From: Patescibacteria group bacterium
GTDB taxonomy: Bacteria; Patescibacteriota; Patescibacteriia; 2-01-FULL-39-33
Assembly: GCA_041671305.1 (NCBI GenBank)
Contig: JBAZBX010000002.1
Span: forward strand, 5,193-69,192
DNA length: 64,000 bases
Reading direction: 5' to 3'
Positions 1 through 8,656 of the stretch are shown here, in pieces. The translations under genes and the position numbers were made by a program. Within the stretch, counting starts at the first letter, position 1; each line of letters starts with the position of its first letter. A model generated the notes under the pieces. That model was not told where the DNA came from and searched no databases. It saw nothing but the letters and a program-made list of their open reading frames with translations.

Positions 1-105
1 CCAGGCACTCCTCACTTCTATATCAACAACCAAGAAATTTCCGGAGTCGGGTCTATTGATGACTTCAAAAAGTTAATTGATGCTGAATTAAATAGAAAAA
101 ATTAA
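1..105 (+). CDS. 3' end of a thioredoxin-fold DsbA-like protein (partial, start outside window)
   Basis: Frame-1 translation PGTPHFYINNQEISGVGSIDDFKKLIDAELNRKN* matches the conserved C-terminus of DsbA/BdbD-type oxidoreductases. Compare GTPTFFVNGKKLEG in the DsbA-like protein at 46256-47152. Confidence 0.4.
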   Translation, partial: PGTPHFYINNQEISGVGSIDDFKKLIDAELNRKN

Positions 106-119
106 ATTTATTATAAGAA

Positions 120-1334
120 ATGAAAAAAATCTTCATTATTTTATTTTTAATATTATTTTTGTCAACTGGATGGGCAGCTTTAGCAGCCGAAGATGGCACA
201 GCACCAGTACCAAATATTCCGCCAGAATCAGATACGCCAGCAACACCCTCTTTATATACCGGCGATGACATTCAACCGGCCGGAGAAAATGGTCCAACTC
301 CTCTAGCTCCTCAAGCCGCTCCAGCTCCTGCCGCCAAAACAGAAACTCCCAAAACCGAGTCGGCTCCCCTCTACTGGATTCCAAACGTAGGTATGGGTCA
401 GTTTACTCAGGGTACAGCTGTAGAGGTTAGTGCTGGCAGAAATATCTTGGGAGAGTATATTAGTCTCTGGTACACTTTCTTGGTAGGTGTGGCTGGATTA
501 TTGGCTATGGTCATGATAGTATTTGGAGGAGTAAACTGGCTTACTTCCGGGGGAAGTTCTAGTGCCATAGGAGACGCCAAGAAGACTATTTCTTCTGCTT
601 TGATTGGATTAACTTTAGCTTTGCTTTCTTATGTTTTATTGCAAATTATTAATCCTAACTTGCTGAGTCTCAAGATGCCTTCTATGGCCAATATTACTTA
701 TAGCGGGGATTATGCGATACCCCATATCAACATGGCACCTGGAGGAGCGACTTTAGCTAATGGAGCTAACGGAATGCCTGTACCTTATCAATCAGGAGCC
801 AAAATACCTTGCAACCAAGCCATGGATTACAATCAAGCATTTACTGCCTCGTATGAAGGATATAACTCCACTCCTTACGCTGACCAACATGGTTATACCT
901 ACGGTTTTGGACACAACAGCAACGAAAATCCCGGAACAGTAGATTATAATACCGAATTGCAATGGTTTACCAATAATTACAATAACACTTATTATCCCGG
1001 AGCTGCGACTGCCTATACCAATGCCGGTGGCAACTGGGACACATTGCCACAACAAGACCAAGCAGTACTTGCCGATACCGCCTACCAATTTGGAACAAAT
1101 TCTTCCTTTCTCTCTCAAACGGCGACTTTTATGGCTCAAGGAGATATGACGGGAGCCGCTTCATTTATGCGAAGTAATTATAAAAATTACTTTAAGACAG
1201 ATCCGGGAAAAGGCGTAGCCAGTAGAATAAATAGTAATGCCAGCATTGTTGAAAATAAAGATCCATCAACTGGAACGGCAAGTGATGGCGCGCAGCAATT
1301 TAATGATAGAGCATCATCCTCATGTCAAAAATAA
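120..1334 (+). CDS. Exported protein with an N-terminal signal peptide, Pro-rich linker and two-TM VirB2/TrbC-pilin-like hairpin, fused to a C-terminal T4-type (GH24) lysozyme domain
   Basis: Signal peptide MKKIFIILFLILFLSTGWAALAA. TM1 LWYTFLVGVAGLLAMVMIVFGG, loop GGSSSAIGDAKKT, TM2 ISSALIGLTLALLSYVLLQII. The C-terminal SYEGYNSTPYADQHGYTYGFGH aligns with the T4 lysozyme catalytic core EGxxxxxYxDxxGYxTIGIGH. It is followed by a typical GH24 helix region, AVLADTAYQFG...FMAQGDMTGAASFMRSNY. Confidence 0.6.
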   Translation: MKKIFIILFLILFLSTGWAALAAEDGTAPVPNIPPESDTPATPSLYTGDDIQPAGENGPTPLAPQAAPAPAAKTETPKTESAPLYWIPNVGMGQFTQGTAVEVSAGRNILGEYISLWYTFLVGVAGLLAMVMIVFGGVNWLTSGGSSSAIGDAKKTISSALIGLTLALLSYVLLQIINPNLLSLKMPSMANITYSGDYAIPHINMAPGGATLANGANGMPVPYQSGAKIPCNQAMDYNQAFTASYEGYNSTPYADQHGYTYGFGHNSNENPGTVDYNTELQWFTNNYNNTYYPGAATAYTNAGGNWDTLPQQDQAVLADTAYQFGTNSSFLSQTATFMAQGDMTGAASFMRSNYKNYFKTDPGKGVASRINSNASIVENKDPSTGTASDGAQQFNDRASSSCQK

Positions 1335-1343
1335 TTTTAACAC

Positions 1344-2411
1344 ATGAAAAATAATCATTTTTTTATATTAAATACTTTAGCCTTCTTGATTATTTTATCT
1401 ATTCCCTCTATTAGCAATGCTGCTACAAGTTGTTATTGTCATGAAATTGATACTTCTGGTGAAGGCGGTGGCAGTTATTACAAAACTACCTGTCCGGATG
1501 CTAGTTGTAAACAAGGAAATTGTAAATATGACAAATGCGCTCCAGACACAACTCCGATAACGGAAATAGATAGTTATGAACCAAAAGCCGCTCCTGCCGC
1601 CAAAACAGAAACTCCCAAAACCGAGTCGGCTCCCCTCACCTGGATTCCAAACGTAGGCATGGGTCAATTTACTCAAGGTACGGCTGTAGAAGTTGGTGCT
1701 GGCAAAAATATCTTGGGAGAGTATATTAATCTCTGGTACACTTTCCTGGTGGGCGTGGCTGGATTGCTGGCTATGGTTATGATAGTATTTGGAGGAGTAA
1801 ACTGGCTTACTTCCGGGGGAAGTTCTAGTGCTATAGGAGATGCCAAGAAGACTATTTCTTCTGCTTTGATTGGTTTAACCTTGGCTTTGCTTTCTTATGT
1901 TTTGTTGCAAATTATCAATCCCAACTTGCTTAGTCTCAAAATGCCTTCTATGGCCAATATTACTTATAGCGGGGATTATGCGATACCTGCAATAAACCTT
2001 GAGGATGAGATGTCTGCCAATTCTCAAACCGGCGGAGGATCAGCCAATTTATCTACGCTAAAATCTGACATGTCAAAAACTAACCAATCTGTTTTGAATC
2101 AAGTCAAAAAAAATAACCCCGATGCAAAAACGCCTAGGGTAAATAGTACCGCCAGAGATAGCAATGATTTACATGGGCTCAATAGAGCCGTGGACTATCA
2201 AAAAGGAGATGACGCCACTTTTGATGCTTATATGAACAATCTGATAAATGAAGGCACGTATACTGGCTATGGACAAGATAAAGGAGAGCCTTTTTATTAT
2301 GTAAAATTCCCAGACGGAACAAAAGGAAGGGTCGGTAATGGCTCAGGCCATTGGCACATTGATAATTGCCAGCAAGGTGAAGTGCCGATCCAAGGTAAAG
2401 GAGCATGCTAA
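1344..2411 (+). CDS. Paralogue of the preceding gene: signal peptide, Cys-rich N-terminal knot, the same two-TM pilin-like module, and a C-terminal LAS/M15-type zinc-peptidase-like domain
   Basis: The core from AAPAAKTETPKTESAPL to SGDYAIP is nearly identical to gene 120-1334 (about 93% nt identity, 1590-1987 versus 330-722). The C-terminus carries HGLNRAVD (HxxxxxxD) and GHWHID (HxH), the zinc-ligand signature of LAS/peptidase-M15 VanY-like cell-wall hydrolases. The N-terminal CYCHEIDTSG...CPDASCKQGNCKYDKC is cysteine-rich. Confidence 0.5.
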   Translation: MKNNHFFILNTLAFLIILSIPSISNAATSCYCHEIDTSGEGGGSYYKTTCPDASCKQGNCKYDKCAPDTTPITEIDSYEPKAAPAAKTETPKTESAPLTWIPNVGMGQFTQGTAVEVGAGKNILGEYINLWYTFLVGVAGLLAMVMIVFGGVNWLTSGGSSSAIGDAKKTISSALIGLTLALLSYVLLQIINPNLLSLKMPSMANITYSGDYAIPAINLEDEMSANSQTGGGSANLSTLKSDMSKTNQSVLNQVKKNNPDAKTPRVNSTARDSNDLHGLNRAVDYQKGDDATFDAYMNNLINEGTYTGYGQDKGEPFYYVKFPDGTKGRVGNGSGHWHIDNCQQGEVPIQGKGAC

Positions 2412-2415
2412 AATT

Positions 2416-3753
2416 ATGTCAAAAATAAACACCATCTTCACCTGTTCCAACTGTGGCGCCCAATATCCAAAATGGCAAGGGCGCTGTTTAGAATGCGGAA
2501 AATGGGGAACCATGGAAGAAGGCCTAGCAGAAAAAAATGAACAAAGAAATTCAAATATTCCACCAGACAAAGTCATTAATTTAAATGAACTCAAAAATAT
2601 TCCTGATTTTCGCCTGGAGACCAAAATCTCTGAATTAGACGGCGTACTCGGCGGTGGCATAGTCAAAGGCGCTCTGATTCTTCTCGGCGGCGATCCTGGG
2701 GTTGGCAAATCCACTTTGGCCCTGCAGATTGCCCAGAACATCAATGGCACACTTTATATCTCCGGCGAGGAATCCGCCAATCAAATAAAAATCAGGGCAG
2801 AGAGACTAAAAATTAATCTGGATAAATTGAAATTCTTGGCGCAAACGAACATAGAAAAAATCCTCTCCACCATTGAAGCCCAAAAACCGCCACTCGTCAT
2901 AGTAGACTCCATTCAAACCATGATTTCTTCCGAAGCCACGGGATCATCCGGATCGGTAAGCCAGATAACTTCCGTGGCCAGCCAACTCATAGGTCTAGCC
3001 AAAAAAATAGAAATTCCTATTATCATAATCGGCCACGTCACCAAAGATGGCATAGTCGCCGGCCCCAAAACCTTGGAACATCTTGTTGATGTAGTATTGT
3101 ATTTGGAAAATGATAATCAGAATTATTACAAAATACTTCGCGGAGCCAAAAACCGCTTCGGCTCAACCGGAGAAATCGGCATCTTTGAGATGACTTCTAC
3201 CGGCCTCAAAGAAACTCTTAATTCGTCCAATATTTTTCTGGAAGACTCAAACCAATCAACTTCTTCTGGCACGGCTATTTCTGCCGTTCTTGAAGGAAGC
3301 CGGCCATTTCTAATTGAAATCCAAGCCCTGACCTCCAAAACTTCCTTCGGCTATCCTCAAAGAAAATCAACCGGATATGATCTCAATCGCTTGCAAATGA
3401 TCATTGCCGTGCTTTGCAAAATAGCCAAGATAAATCTCACCAACCAAGATATTTATCTCAACGTAACGGGCGGGCTCAAAGTCAAAGACACGTCCATTGA
3501 TTTAGCGGTGGCCATGTGTATCGTCTCCGCTTTCTTGGATATTCCCATAAACAAAAAAACAATTCTCTTTGGAGAATTGGGTCTTTCCGGTGAAATAAGA
3601 ACTGTTCCTCAACCAGAAAAAAGAATCAAGGAAGCGGAAAAGCTGAAATTTGAAAAAATTATCATGCCATATTATCCGACCATGAAATACGGAACAGGCA
3701 AAATTGCCGTCAGAGACATCAGAGAAGCGATTAAAACAATAAACAGTAAGTAA
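2416..3753 (+). CDS. radA: DNA repair protein RadA/Sms
   Basis: N-terminal C4 zinc finger CSNCGAQYPKWQGRCLECGKW. Walker A GGDPGVGKSTL. RadA-specific KNRFG motif (LRGAKNRFGSTGEIGIF). Lon-protease-like C-terminal domain. Start taken at the ATG at 2416 (MSKINTIF), which avoids the overlap the track ORF (from 2338) makes with the upstream gene. Confidence 0.9.
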   Translation: MSKINTIFTCSNCGAQYPKWQGRCLECGKWGTMEEGLAEKNEQRNSNIPPDKVINLNELKNIPDFRLETKISELDGVLGGGIVKGALILLGGDPGVGKSTLALQIAQNINGTLYISGEESANQIKIRAERLKINLDKLKFLAQTNIEKILSTIEAQKPPLVIVDSIQTMISSEATGSSGSVSQITSVASQLIGLAKKIEIPIIIIGHVTKDGIVAGPKTLEHLVDVVLYLENDNQNYYKILRGAKNRFGSTGEIGIFEMTSTGLKETLNSSNIFLEDSNQSTSSGTAISAVLEGSRPFLIEIQALTSKTSFGYPQRKSTGYDLNRLQMIIAVLCKIAKINLTNQDIYLNVTGGLKVKDTSIDLAVAMCIVSAFLDIPINKKTILFGELGLSGEIRTVPQPEKRIKEAEKLKFEKIIMPYYPTMKYGTGKIAVRDIREAIKTINSK

Positions 3754-3757
3754 GCTA

Positions 3758-3907
3758 CTCTTGTCATTCCGACCGAGCTCTCAAGAGCGAGTGGAGGAAT
3801 CCCTTTCGTTAAAATTTAAAGCGATTTCTCCACTACGTCCTGATTACCGGACTTGCGCCACCGCTAAAGCTTTAGCGACACGCGGTCGGTCGGAATGACA
3901 ACGAGAG
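3758..3907. repeat. GC-rich palindromic mini-element, copy A, filling the radA/recG convergent intergenic region
   Basis: Terminal inverted repeats ctcttgtcattccgaccg (3758-3775) and cggtcggaatgacaacgagag (3887-3907). There is an internal perfect palindrome gctaaagctttagc and gtggagg/ctccac pairing. A homologous, internally deleted copy lies at 38108-38203. Confidence 0.5.
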
Positions 3908-3913
3908 ACATCT

Positions 3914-5962
3914 TTATTCCAAATGGTAAGTAAATTTATAATTTTCTAGTTTTCTAGTTAACGCAGGATAATTTTCCAATCCTTTTCCTACCAATTCTTC
4001 GGCGATATTTTTCGCTTTTTTTATTTGCTCTAAATTATTGATATCGGCAATTTGGAATTCAGCAAAACCTGATTGCTGATAGCCATAAACAGATCCTGAG
4101 CCCCGAAGCTCCAAATCCCTGTTGGCTAATTCAAATCCGTCACTGCATTCCTCCAGATATCTCAAACGCTGGAATGATTTCATGTCTTCACTGTCGCTAA
4201 ACAAAAAACAAAACGACTGAAAATCACCTCTTCCTACCCTGCCCCGAAATTGATGAAGCTGGGCCAACCCGAATCTTTCCGCCCCTTCAATCATCATAAT
4301 ACTGGCATTGGGAATATCCACTCCCACCTCAACCACGGAAGTGGAAACCAAGAGTTTCAAGTCGCCATCGGAAAACTTTTTCATCACTGCTTCCTTTTCT
4401 TCCGATTTGAGTCTCCCATGGAGCAAACCCACGCTGAGATGCGGAAAAACCAATTTATCCAACTTCTCAAATTCCTCAGTCACCGATCTCACTCCCAATT
4501 TATCCGAAGGATCAATCAAGGGACAAATTACAAAGACCTGCCTTCCTTTTTTAATCTGTTCATCAATAAATTTATAAGCGTCATTTCTTTTCTCCGGCGG
4601 AACTAGCTTGGTAATGATTTTCTTACGGCCTTTGGGCATCTGCTTAATCAAGGATAAATCAAGATCGCCATAGACAATCAAGGATAGCGACCTGGGAATA
4701 GGAGTAGCAGTGAGGGAGAGAAAATGCGGACTGGATTCTCCCCTTTTTATCAATTTATGCCTCTGTTCCACGCCAAATCTATGCTGTTCATCTACGATAG
4801 CTAGTCCTAATTTACTAAATTCTACCCCATCCTGAATCAAAGCGTGCGTACCCACGATCAAGTCAATTTCTCCAGCTTGGCATTTTTCTATGAATTTATT
4901 TTTGGAAATCTTTTCACCGTTGAACAATTTTTGTGTTCGGGTCAAAAGTCCTATTTTTATATCTGTTCCTAAAAATAAATTCTGCAGATTGCGATAGTGT
5001 TGAAAGGCCAGAATTTCCGTCGGAACCATAATCACGCTCTGCAAGCCGTTGAGATAAGATTGATATATGCCTAATGCCGCTACCACTGTTTTTCCAGAAC
5101 CCACATCTCCATTAAGTAACCGATTCATGGGGTAAAGACGCATCATATCTTTCATAATTTCCCAAGCCGATCTCTTCTGGTCTAGAGTCAATTCAAATTT
5201 AAGATTAGAAACAAATTCCTTGATTTTCGCCTCAAAAAAATCCATGGGATAAGATTTTTGAGAAGCATTCTCTTGCTTAATCACCTGTGACCAAAGCTGA
5301 ACCAAGAACAACTCATCAAATGACAATCTGGTTCTGGCCTTTTCCAGTTCTTTCATGTCGTTTGGAAAATGAATGATACGAAGAGCGCTAGATAAGCTTA
5401 TTAAATTTTCTCTAGTTTGTATTTCATGAGGCAAAAAATCCTCAATTTGTTCAACCAAATGAATAGCTAATTTAATTACTGACCTAATTTGTTTCTGTGA
5501 CAAGCCCTCGGTTGAAGAATATATCGGCACGATTCCCATAGGGATGAAATTGGAAGAATACTTTTCATACATCGGGGAGTTAAAATATACATTAAACATA
5601 TCTCCCGTTACTTTGCCGGAAATATAAAGCTTATCGCCCTGCCTGAGGCTTTTACCAATCCAAGGCTGATTAAACCAAATTATTTTTACACTGCCAGAGT
5701 CATCACTAACTATGGCCTCCGTCATAATTTTTCTCTTGCGAACGCTACGTCTATTGGAAATCAGATCAATACTGGCTACAATGGTGGCCGTCTCGCCTTC
5801 CTTTAAATCACTAATCTTGATAATTCTACTATAATCTTCATATCTAAACGGATAACAAAAAATGAGATCCAAAACGGTCTCAAGATTTATGTTTGCAAAC
5901 CTTTTTGCCAAAGCTTTTCCTATACCACTGATATCTGAAATTGGAGAGTTTAAAGAAAGCAT
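3914..5962 (-). CDS. recG: ATP-dependent DNA helicase RecG
   Basis: Wedge-domain N-terminus. Helicase motif I GDVGSGKTVVA. Motif II DEQHRFGV. 682 aa, typical RecG length. Confidence 0.9.
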   Translation of the reverse strand: MLSLNSPISDISGIGKALAKRFANINLETVLDLIFCYPFRYEDYSRIIKISDLKEGETATIVASIDLISNRRSVRKRKIMTEAIVSDDSGSVKIIWFNQPWIGKSLRQGDKLYISGKVTGDMFNVYFNSPMYEKYSSNFIPMGIVPIYSSTEGLSQKQIRSVIKLAIHLVEQIEDFLPHEIQTRENLISLSSALRIIHFPNDMKELEKARTRLSFDELFLVQLWSQVIKQENASQKSYPMDFFEAKIKEFVSNLKFELTLDQKRSAWEIMKDMMRLYPMNRLLNGDVGSGKTVVAALGIYQSYLNGLQSVIMVPTEILAFQHYRNLQNLFLGTDIKIGLLTRTQKLFNGEKISKNKFIEKCQAGEIDLIVGTHALIQDGVEFSKLGLAIVDEQHRFGVEQRHKLIKRGESSPHFLSLTATPIPRSLSLIVYGDLDLSLIKQMPKGRKKIITKLVPPEKRNDAYKFIDEQIKKGRQVFVICPLIDPSDKLGVRSVTEEFEKLDKLVFPHLSVGLLHGRLKSEEKEAVMKKFSDGDLKLLVSTSVVEVGVDIPNASIMMIEGAERFGLAQLHQFRGRVGRGDFQSFCFLFSDSEDMKSFQRLRYLEECSDGFELANRDLELRGSGSVYGYQQSGFAEFQIADINNLEQIKKAKNIAEELVGKGLENYPALTRKLENYKFTYHLE

Positions 5963-5976
5963 GGAAAATATATTAT

Positions 5977-6049
5977 TGCGTCCGGCAGGAATTGAACCTG
6001 CGACCTGCAGCTCCGCAAGCTGACGCTCTATCCCCTGAGCTACGGACGC
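5977..6049 (-). tRNA. tRNA-Arg, anticodon read as GCG
   Basis: The reverse complement folds as GCGTCCG-TA-GCTC-AGGGGATA-GAGC-G-TCAGC-TTGCGGA-GCTGC-AGGTC-GCAGG-TTCAATT-CCTGC-CGGACGC-A. It has 7-bp acceptor, D, anticodon (one T.C mismatch at 27:43) and T arms. It is closely similar to bacterial tRNA-Arg. CCA is not encoded. Confidence 0.7.
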
Positions 6050-6054
6050 GAAAT

Positions 6055-6558
6055 TTACAATCTCAAGTAGCGACGCAATTTATCGGATATAGGCTCAATT
6101 TCCCTTTCCAAATCTTCTTTAAGATATTTGAGTAAAAATCTTCTAATTGATACCGCATCTTGCCCGTCCAATGGCACAACCAGCCTGCCCAGCAATGGAT
6201 TCCTAAATTGAAAATAGAGATTTTTAATGCCAAATTCCTCATAAACCATAAAAAAATGATCTACATCCCGGAAATAATTAAAATTCCTTCCCGCCTTTAC
6301 TCCTTCATTAGTGAGAACAAAATCAATCATTTCTGGATTACGATTATCATGAAGCAGAGTCACCAAATAAAACAAAATAAGAAAAATAGCAAATAATGGA
6401 TTGTTGGCAAAAAAACACCAGGCCACAAAAGCGGTTAAAAGCAAGAGAGAAATCACATACCACCAAATATCTTTGTGGTACTTGATATACTCGGGATACT
6501 CCCAAGAATACACGATCTGACTCAACTTTTGTTCGTTGTTGTTTTGTCCTCCTTCCAT
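6055..6558 (-). CDS. Hypothetical membrane protein with two TM helices and a C-terminal soluble domain
   Basis: A 167-aa ORF with hydrophobic segments WWYVISLLLLTAFVAWCFF and LFAIFLILFYLVTLL. It lies between two tRNA genes. No recognisable family motif. Confidence 0.4.
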   Translation of the reverse strand: MEGGQNNNEQKLSQIVYSWEYPEYIKYHKDIWWYVISLLLLTAFVAWCFFANNPLFAIFLILFYLVTLLHDNRNPEMIDFVLTNEGVKAGRNFNYFRDVDHFFMVYEEFGIKNLYFQFRNPLLGRLVVPLDGQDAVSIRRFLLKYLKEDLEREIEPISDKLRRYLRL

Positions 6559-6581
6559 ATTTTTATAATTATTATCTTCTA

Positions 6582-6672
6582 CGGAGAGACAGGGATTTGA
6601 ACCCTGGATACGCCCAAAAAGACGTATAACAGGTTAGCAACCTGCCGCTTTCAGCCACTCAGCCATCTCTCC
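6582..6672 (-). tRNA. tRNA-Ser (anticodon GCT)
   Basis: Reverse complement GGAGAGATGGCTGAGTGGCTGAAAGCGGCAGGTTGCTAACCTGTTATACGTCTTTTTGGGCGTATCCAGGGTTCAAATCCCTGTCTCTCCG. Anticodon stem GCAGG/CCTGT with loop TTGCTAA. Long variable arm. GGTTCAAATCC T-arm. Confidence 0.8.
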
Positions 6673-6967
6673 ACACTATTATATTTTAAATTACCATTTT
6701 CCCATATCGGAATATTCTGATTAATTACCCCCAACTACGAGAATTACAAGGGTATTATAGCATATTTTTTTGACGTTCGTCAATGCACTCGGATCGGGGT
6801 TAAATTTTTCTAAAAATGAACAAATAAAAAATGAGTTGATAAACTGCTCAAAACCCAAAATAAAAATTACCAAAAGAATACTTGTGTAAATTTATTTATA
6901 GATGTGATATAATATATGTTATAATATATTAAATCCTTAAAAAATAATTAATTTAAATTATAAACTC

Positions 6968-8623
6968 ATGAAACTATTTAATAAAGTTTCAATGGCTGTA
7001 TTGGCCGTGGTATTTATGCTTGGTCTGACCGAGCCAACTGTCACCTTGGCAGCTTCCATGCCACTATTGGGTGCCGCGGAGAATTTCTCGGTCTTGGCCG
7101 GCTTATCAATGAGTGCTGCCGCCGCTGGCACCACCATTTCCGGTAATTTAGGTCTCAGCCCTGGCCTGGCTGTTTCAAGAACCGGCCCCTGGACGGTAGG
7201 CGGTACTGAATATTTCGGCACCACGCCTTCCTTGTCCGCAACTGCTCAAGTTGATGCCTTAGCAGCTTACAACAACCTGGCAGGACAAAGCTCTAATGGG
7301 TCATGGGGCACAAGTCCATGGAGCCCAACACCGGGTACCTATACTGTGGCTAGTGATGTTACATTCACTGGAACAATTACTCTTAACGGCGGTTATGACG
7401 ATGTCTGGATTTTTCAGGTTGGACGTGATATGACTTTTGATGGTTCGGTGGTTCTCACCGGTAATGCCCAGCCATGCCATGTTTTTTGGCAAATAGATAG
7501 AAGTGCGACTATAGCTTCGGGCAGTAATTTTGTCGGGACTCTTATCGCCTCAACGGGCAGTGTCACTTTGGTTTCCGGCGCAACAGTTAACGGCCGAATT
7601 ATGGTGCTCAATGCCTCTTTAACGACCGATGGCAATACTATTTCCGGACCAACCTGCCTAGTTGCGCCCACTCCAGCTCCCACCTGCACTCTTTCTGCTT
7701 CTCCTAATCCAGTTGATTATAATGGTACTTCTGCCATTACCTGGTCTTCAACTGATGCCACCGCTTGTACCGCCTCAGGCGGATCTACTGGCTGGACCAG
7801 TATCAGTGGTTCCTCTGGTGCCTGGACTTCTGGCGCTTTAACCCTAGGCTCTACATATTCCATGACTTGCACTGGTCCTGGTGGCACCTCGCCTCAATGC
7901 AATGTTGCAGTAACCGTGAATCCCGCACCTGATCCCGCGATTCTTCATGTCATTAAACATGTTATTAATAATAGCGGTGGCTCAACATTAGCTCCTGGCT
8001 TCAGCGTACACGTAAAAGATGACTCAGGGGATGTCGCCGGAAGCCCAGCTAGTCCGCAAGCGGGAGCAGAAGATCCAGGAACTACTTATACTTTGGATGC
8101 TGGCACTTATACCGTCAGTGAAGATACTAATACTTCTTATGTGCGAACTTTTGGCGAGGACTGTAATGCTATTACCGGTATTATCACTCTTGCCCCTGGT
8201 GAGGAAAAAACTTGTACCATTACCAATGACGATATTGTGCCCGCTCCGCCGGTCTCCACGATTATTGTCGCAAAAGTTGTTGTCGGTGGAACTAAGCTCC
8301 CCGATGCTTTTAATCTGTTTGTCGATGGTGCGCCGGTTCTTCGCAATGTGGCCAATGTTTTTTCTGTCGGTGCGCATGTTGTGAGTGAAACCGTTGATAC
8401 CAACTACACTCGCACTTTTGCCCTTGATTGTCTAAGTGGCAGCGTGACTCTTATCGCGGGTGACAACAAGACCTGCATCATTACCAATACCTATAAAGCA
8501 CCTTCATCCGGTGGCGGTTCTTACTCTCCACCTGTTCCACCGCTTATTGATGTGGTAAAAGTTCCCAGTCCCCTGGCTTTGCCTGTCGGTCCTGGTTCGG
8601 TGACCTACACTTACACACTTTAA
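6968..8623 (+). CDS. Surface protein, N-terminal portion: signal peptide, Thr/Ser/Gly-rich beta-rich region and a DUF11-like repeat. The ORF is interrupted by an in-frame TAA, and the same frame continues into 8657-9337.
   Basis: Signal peptide MKLFNKVSMAVLAVVFMLGLTEPTVTLAA. The C-terminal repeat PPLIDVVKVPSPLALPVGPGSVTYTYTL* aligns with PPLIHVTKLPSPLTLPASGGMVTYTYTVTNPGTVPL of the next ORF. Both ORFs are in the same frame (both starts are 2 mod 3). Confidence 0.5.
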   Translation: MKLFNKVSMAVLAVVFMLGLTEPTVTLAASMPLLGAAENFSVLAGLSMSAAAAGTTISGNLGLSPGLAVSRTGPWTVGGTEYFGTTPSLSATAQVDALAAYNNLAGQSSNGSWGTSPWSPTPGTYTVASDVTFTGTITLNGGYDDVWIFQVGRDMTFDGSVVLTGNAQPCHVFWQIDRSATIASGSNFVGTLIASTGSVTLVSGATVNGRIMVLNASLTTDGNTISGPTCLVAPTPAPTCTLSASPNPVDYNGTSAITWSSTDATACTASGGSTGWTSISGSSGAWTSGALTLGSTYSMTCTGPGGTSPQCNVAVTVNPAPDPAILHVIKHVINNSGGSTLAPGFSVHVKDDSGDVAGSPASPQAGAEDPGTTYTLDAGTYTVSEDTNTSYVRTFGEDCNAITGIITLAPGEEKTCTITNDDIVPAPPVSTIIVAKVVVGGTKLPDAFNLFVDGAPVLRNVANVFSVGAHVVSETVDTNYTRTFALDCLSGSVTLIAGDNKTCIITNTYKAPSSGGGSYSPPVPPLIDVVKVPSPLALPVGPGSVTYTYTL

Positions 8624-8656
8624 AATATCGGTACCGTTCCGGTAACTAATTTAACA

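Noticed and set aside
2338-2415. Upstream extension of the radA ORF (track start at 2338)
   Set aside because: The extension overlaps the 3' end of the preceding gene in another frame. The conserved RadA N-terminus (zinc finger) begins right after the ATG at 2416, which is the preferred start.
5941-6135. 64-aa plus-strand ORF overlapping the recG start and the tRNA-Arg region
   Set aside because: It overlaps the tRNA-Arg gene on the opposite strand and the recG N-terminus. It has no SD or start context and is spurious.
6690-6960. AT-rich 270-bp spacer upstream of the surface-protein gene, considered as a possible prophage att site or origin, given the adjacent tRNA
   Set aside because: No integrase, direct repeat of the tRNA 3' end or DnaA-box-like repeats were seen. 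The AT-rich promoter region of a highly expressed surface-protein gene is the simpler explanation.
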